DNA of 64,000 bases from Novakomyces olei. Taxonomy: Eukaryota. This document shows positions 57,902 through 64,000 of the stretch, piece by piece. The notes beneath the pieces were generated by a model. That model was given only the letters and a program-made list of their open reading frames with translations, had not been told where the DNA came from and did not search any database. Position 1 is the stretch's first letter. The number at the start of each line of letters is the position of its first letter. The translations under genes were made by a program, and so were the position numbers. The DNA is taken from contig JADEYG010000007.1 of assembly GCA_016906335.1 (NCBI GenBank), positions 2,232,001 to 2,296,000 on the forward strand, given 5' to 3'.

Positions 57902-58598
57902 GTGTATAATATTCGGAAAGCAAAATAAAACAGATTCGTAACAAGAATCTAATAGTCAGCGACTTACTTAGAGCATTATTGTACCGTTCAAGGGCACTAG
58001 CACGCTGGGCTTGTTGTCCTAAAAATTAGCAAAAAAACAATTTATCTCTATCCATACTCGTGGATTTGCGTTGAGCATCTGCAAGATCGCGTGTAGAGTG
58101 ATAATCGAGGAAGACGTCCATTTAGACAATCAAATTCGAAACCAATAGAGCCAAAAAATGTCCTAAATGTGTCAACACCTCAACTGTTTCTCGTATCTCT
58201 GTAGCCGTCGCCGCCGACAGGTATCGGCGAGCTGTCAATTGACCAAACCACTCCTCATTTTTAAAGTATTCAAGTTGGCTTCTCGAGACACGAGCCGGAT
58301 CTCACAATACTGCCTTGTTCACTTCTTCACACTTGGCTCTGGTAATAGTCGGCCCTGAAATTTTGAAGGGGTCAAGATCCGTGCGGAGCCTTGCTTTATG
58401 ATCTGACGTTTTAGTTTATGTTTATTTATCCCCGCTATATATCCTCACCCTCCTATCACAAAGTGTCTATTATTATTATTATTATTATTATATTAATATT
58501 ATTATGTTAATATTATTATATTATCATATTACTATCAAATTATTATTAATACTATTAAATTATTATTAATATTATTAAATTATTATTAATATTATTAG

Positions 58599-58749
58599 TG
58601 TGACCTGGAAATAATGGAGATAATGGAAAAAATGGAAATAATATTAATATTACTAGTGCGTTTAGTATGTGATTAGATACACTATTCAAGTACAAGGGAG
58701 CACCCAGATTTAGGTTAGGCGGCATTTCAAGCTAATTTAGTTATTAACA
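58599..58749. mobile_element. Degenerate solo-LTR-like relic related to 59037-59181
   Basis: Shares AAGTACA.G..AGCACCCAGATT.AGG...G..CATT(T)CAAGCTAATTTA and GGAAATAAT with the intact solo LTR; ends in AACA; no TSD seen. Confidence 0.55.
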
Positions 58750-59036
58750 TTACTAATAATGCACGTTTGTGCGATTACCACTAATCATGTGAGGCCACAA
58801 TTAAACGCATACTGACGACAATTAGCGGCTGAGCAGATCTCGTATTCTTATTGCTTATAATTCGTCTCATCCATTCTCTGGTTTCCATTATTTTAGTATC
58901 GATCATCCCAAGTTGTATTAGTGTTTGTCAGCAGAATTCAACGTTAAATCCGTACGCCGACTCCATACTTGTCCGACTTCCGTATATGACCAATAGTATA
59001 TTACTTGATAAAATCGCTATCTCGCTTGTAATAAAG

Positions 59037-59181
59037 TGTTGGAAATAATCAAAATAATACTGAGGATTGATCTATGTTTAGTGATTTAGATAGAAAACTA
59101 TATAAGTACAGGTAGCACCCAGATTCAGGCCAGGTGACATTCAAGCTAATTTACTGACTTATAAAACTCAACTTTACAACA
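59037..59181. mobile_element. Solo LTR (145 bp) with 5-bp TSD TAAAG
   Basis: TGTTG...CAACA termini, TAAAG on both sides (59032-59036, 59182-59186), internal TATATAA. Confidence 0.85.
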
Positions 59182-59912
59182 TAAAGCTTGCCTGAATGAT
59201 CCGTGATTTAATCGTATACTTGAATTAAATTAAACTGCACTAATTTACAAACCCAAGACTAGTTGGTCGATGCAATTGCTGTTCCATTCCAATTCTAAGC
59301 ACCATTTCAATTCTAAGCACCATTTCAATTCTAAGCAATCTTGTGATTACCGTAGTTGTTACCTCACTTCGCTGATAAAAGTACTGCTTTTACGCTCTTC
59401 CTTAATTGCTGCTCCCTCTGCTTAAACCTTATTTGCAAACACCGAAAACGGGATTCTGTTTGGAAGAATTGGACAAAGAAAGTCTGAGCCTAATTAAATA
59501 TAGTTTGAGAGTTGGCACAAGGCTTGGGTTCTTTTGTCCTATTTGCGTGCATGTGACGATGAACTTGTTGCTCTGCAAAATTGACACTAATTGGCACGTG
59601 TGCAAATATTGTATATAGCCCACCACCTTTCTTCCTTTTATTTCTTCATAGTCCCTTTTCTCGCATTGCTGTGGCAGCTTGCAAGCAGCCATGAGCTTAA
59701 TTGCACATTGTACCTTCACTCTGAGGCCAGTGTCGAACTGTTGTTAATAAACCGTTTCATCCGTATGACTGTTTGGCTTGCCTTCTTTTTTTCATTTGGT
59801 CTTTATTTGCCAAATAGAAAATAAAATCAGACGGATTTATACAACCACTAACAATTCGGTAAGCGCAAAGACCTTGCCGTTGTTGACGCAAGCAATTCCA
59901 TCAGAGTGATTA

Positions 59913-62900
59913 TTAAAACCGAGTAATATTCGCATTCAAGCCTTCAGCACCAGCATTAATGGCTGTGCGTCGAGCAGCTTTGGGAGTAAGCGAGGGCAAA
60001 GGCGGAAATTTATCTGCTGAAATGCCACCAAACCCATTGCCCACACCAGCGCCATCTCCTCCCACACCAATTGAATAGGCGTTATTATTATTATTATTAT
60101 TATAATTGTTATTGTTATTGATAGTGGTACTGGTATTGATAGGGGTATTGGTACCGGCGATTCCGTCTTCAGCTTCCAGTGCCGCCTCCTCCTCACCATC
60201 GTCAAACCCTCCAAATCTATGGGCAAAAGGCATCTGGTGCCGTTCGGGTCCACGGTACCTTTGCCGCGGTTTCGACAGTTGAACCATGGACATCTGCAGA
60301 TTAGAAAGCGGCCCTTCAACAAGGTACTTTTTCTCCTTGCAGTGGGTCAGGAGGTAGTGCCAAAGAGGATTCTTGGACAGGACTCGAGGGTTACCGAGTA
60401 CAATAACGCCATAACGGGCACGTGTAAGTGCCACGTTCATTCGACGCGGATCGCTCAAGAACCCAATGCCCTGGTGCTCGTTGCTGCGGACACAGGACAC
60501 TATAATATAGTCTTTTTCTCGGCCTTGGAAGGCGTCTACCGAAGCTACTTCTACTTCCTTGTAAAGGGCCTTTTGCATAGTCCCCATCTGCTGCATGGCG
60601 GATACTATATACGAGCGCTGGCCCTCGTAGGGCGTAATAACACCACACTGCTGAGGAGGCACTCCCAGCTTCAACAGCAATGAAATAATCGACTCACACG
60701 TACTCGCCTCTGTGCGGTTAAGATAGCTTGTTCCACTCGCCGATATTTCTTCTGCTCCAAAATTTGCATGAAACATAAACGGCGAATCTCCGACTGGCCA
60801 GGGAAATCGGACCTGTGGCCGAAGCCGTTCCGGTGCCGTAACCCCGTTTTGCAGTGTGCCCTCGTAGAACATATTGCTTGGAAACTCGGACAAGCAAGGG
60901 TGCATGCGGTACTGGATAGTCAGGCGGAATGGAGCATTGCCAAGCAATATTAGCCGCTCAAAAAGACTCTGGTGCAAACCCGCATTAGCCGCCTTTTTGT
61001 TCATAATAACGGGGCCCAACTGCTGATGGTCACCAACCATTACTACCTGCCGGCAGCCCAGGACAAGAGGAATAAGGCACTCTGGCTCAGAGGCCTGGGT
61101 TGCCTCGTCCACCAGGACAGTACGGAATTTGAACCGAGCAATGCGATTGTCTCCAGCACCGACACAAGTACAGCAGACTACATCAGCATTAGCGAGGACT
61201 TGGTTCTCTGCCCGAGCAGTCAGACGTTTAAGCTTCTTTTCATCACGTGCACTGAGGCCACCCAATTCATTATGCAACTGCAGAAGCTTCTGCAGCTCGA
61301 CATTGGCCGGATTGTTACGCGACTGCTCGTGCAGAGTTAAAAAGGGCACATTTGACTGTACATCCTCCCTTGATTTTGACATTACGCGCACGACTTTGAG
61401 GCCGGTACGATGGATCTTGTCGCTCAGCTGATCAACTGCCACATTAGACGGGGCACAGACCAGAATCTGGCCTGGATTCATCTTGGACAAATGGTAGACT
61501 ACCGTAGCTGAAGTCACAGTTTTGCCTGTGCCGGGAGGACCTTGAATAAGCGACAGAGGCTTCTGTATTACTGTTCGAACAGCCTCGATCTGGCTGGCGT
61601 TCAGGTCGGGCAGGCCGGGTACAGAGAACTTTTTAGGCATTGCTGTCTTGAGCTGAATAGCCGGTATTTCGTGGCCCAGAAGCATATGGTAAAGGTAGCC
61701 GGACACAGAGGCATCATCGACGGCAAAGGTTTTGAGAGCATTTTGCATGCGTCTAAACGTTGTTGATTTCCACTTGTAAATAACAGCAAAATTATGTGTA
61801 CATTCAGTAGGAACCTTGTCGCTCCCGGATTTGAGCTCAAAGGCAATATCATCGGAAACGTTGTTGGGCACTTTGATAATGTACCCGCTCTGTCGCCACA
61901 GAGGACGAAGCGTTCCACGGTACTCCAAAATCAGTTCGTCGCCTACTGCCAGTTTAAGCTCTCCTGAATCCGTTTTAGATAATTGGAAATAAGCAATATG
62001 ACGCTGGTTTAACCCAATATCCCAGCGAACCGCCAAATTCTCGTGAGTTTGAGAATCTTTTAGCTTTTTATCGTTATCTGCCTCCATCTTTACCAGCGGA
62101 CCGAATATGTTTTGGTAGTGGTAAGCATCCTCGTACCTTGCCAGCACTGGATCAGGCTCTTCGTCCACACCAGGACGATCAAGGTCTTCCAGTGTTGCAT
62201 TGGCGTTATCGCGCCACATATCCTCTAGCTTGTATATTTGCTGCGTTGAAATTTGTCGTGCTTTAACCACCTCAATATCCGTAGGGACAGAGACAAGCCA
62301 TGGCAGAAATGAACGATCTTCAATAAGCGGCTGCCACTGGTTCGTGTCCCAGTTGAGATCTTTTGACGAGGGCTTGGAAGCGCATGGCTGCCGGCAAAGA
62401 AGGACCACGACAGTGTCACTACTGGGTCAGATTTTATCAAAAGCGAGATTGAGACAAGACATGTACTGGGAAAATAAAAAGATTGAATCGTCATAAGGGC
62501 AGATGTAGCAGGCAGAAATGGAACGCAATATAGTGCATGCATTTAATGTTGGATCGGGACGTTGCAAGCATTGTAAACGAGCAGCATGAAGAGTGTAAGA
62601 GACATCAAAACAAAGCCTTTAATGTACGACAATTCGCATCGTGTCTCAAAAGCAGAAATGGCCTACCTTTTGGCGGGAATAAACCCTAATAAAAAGACGT
62701 TTCTGGTACCGCAATTGTAGCATTCAAGGATAGTCTCGCCCAATTGGCTTTCCGGGTGCAACACCACTTCCTTGTGCCTCGCCCTTACAAGGTGTGTCAC
62801 AATATGCGAGGCAGACGTATGTCCTCGAGAATTGCAAAACCATTTATTACATCCCAAGCATTTGACAACAGACGATGTCGAGTGCACTCCGCAATAGCTG

Positions 62901-63568
62901 ATACTTTGTTAGAGGTACTAGGGCAACAAAAAAAAAAATAAATAAATAAATAAATAAAATTAAAAATAAAAAGTCGGCTCTCTTGCAGGCCATGAGCATT
63001 ATACCAGTACAATGTTCACGGCAGTGGAAAAATAAAAGAAAACCAATGCAGACTTGTAAAACCAAATTTAAATCATTGAAGGTAGAAACAATAAAATAGC
63101 AAGGCGGCATTACCTGCAGGCATAAGGCGGCAGATCTTCCATAGACTCGTCATCCTCGTCTTCATCATCTTCGTCCTCGTCTTCGTCTTCGTCTTCGTCT
63201 ACTTGAGCAGCACCTCGACGCCGTTCGCCAAGGCTGAGGCTGGCGAGGGATAAAGTATCCACACTTTCCTCGTCGTCAGCGACGCCTCGGCGACGACCCT
63301 TGTACTGCTGTATGGTCGAGCCTGAGCGAAGCGATGACGTATCATCGTCTTCATCGTTGTCCTCGTCATCATCGTGGTCTCCAGAGATCTGATAGTCTCC
63401 TAGTCGTCGTCTATTAGAAGCAGCATTGCTGCCCGCTCGATTGCTTCGGTCGTCGTAAACGGTGCCTACACTATTCCAGCCGTTGTTACGCGACCGCGAC
63501 AAGTCCATCGCCGGCTGCTCTGAGACGGATGGAACTTGGTCTCTTCCAATCTCAAATGCTGCCAACAA
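59913..63568 (-). CDS. UPF1: Nonsense-mediated decay helicase Upf1/Nam7 (at least 3 exons; exact start uncertain, ATG at 63508 possible)
   Basis: CH domain C...[75 protein letters not shown]. Confidence 0.97.
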
Positions 63569-64000
63569 CTTTGCAAAGAATTGCTGCTGGCTATAATTTT
63601 CGGAATTTTGTTTTTATTTTTTATTTTTTATTCACTTTAATTCTCAATACTCTAATTCTTGTCTAAACGCATTATTCAGGCGCCTATACTCTAAACTATT
63701 ACGTAATACATCCATTATAATTTTATATATATTATAAAATATAGTATTTTTGTATTGCCGAAATATCTTCATTTGGCAATTCATTTACACTTCGTGAATT
63801 GTAATATAAAACGACGCTGTGCATGCGCTAATAATGTGAATTATACAAGCTAATTTGTAGAGGTTTATCTGCACTTTATCCTGAAATTTTCCTTTTTTTT
63901 TAATATAGAGTATATGTACATCTGTTTGATTTTTGAGAAGTGAAGAGTTTCAAACTAAACAATAAAACACGACAATAAGAAAAAAAGTAGTGAGTATTTC

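Overview
Gene-dense, intron-containing eukaryotic (ascomycete fungal) chromosomal segment read in the standard genetic code. Short introns with CTAAC/CTAAT/CTGAC branch points close to the 3' AG, a Homol-E box and fission-yeast-like proteins suggest a Taphrinomycotina-like yeast (inference). About 21 protein-coding genes: a LAMTOR3/roadblock-like gene recovered only by splicing, SHY1, HCS1/IGHMBP2 helicase, RPS21, AP-1 sigma, NOP16, a SUN-family glucanase, MAF1, DUF1754/FAM32A, an orphan membrane-anchored acidic protein, a PAS-kinase-like kinase, UBR7/Mlo2, MCM2, a Pom1-like DYRK, a PI-PLC X protein, URB2, NUP188, an ACS-family MFS transporter, AIM6, an RVxF/LRR protein and UPF1. There is one intact, very recent Ty1/copia element (identical 154-bp LTRs, 5-bp TSD, half-tRNA-iMet PBS), a solo LTR of another family with its TSD, and many long AT microsatellites. 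Most interesting unexplained signals: (1) a ~2-kb gene-free interval (18.2-20.1 kb) with a folded ~200-nt candidate ncRNA, a long hairpin, forkhead+MCB sites and a cluster of UNAAAC (DSR-like) hexamers; (2) palindromic tandem repeats inserted in frame in NUP188; (3) strand polarity of AATAAA-type microsatellites relative to transcription. All assignments come from motif recognition by eye; no database searches or folding programs were run.
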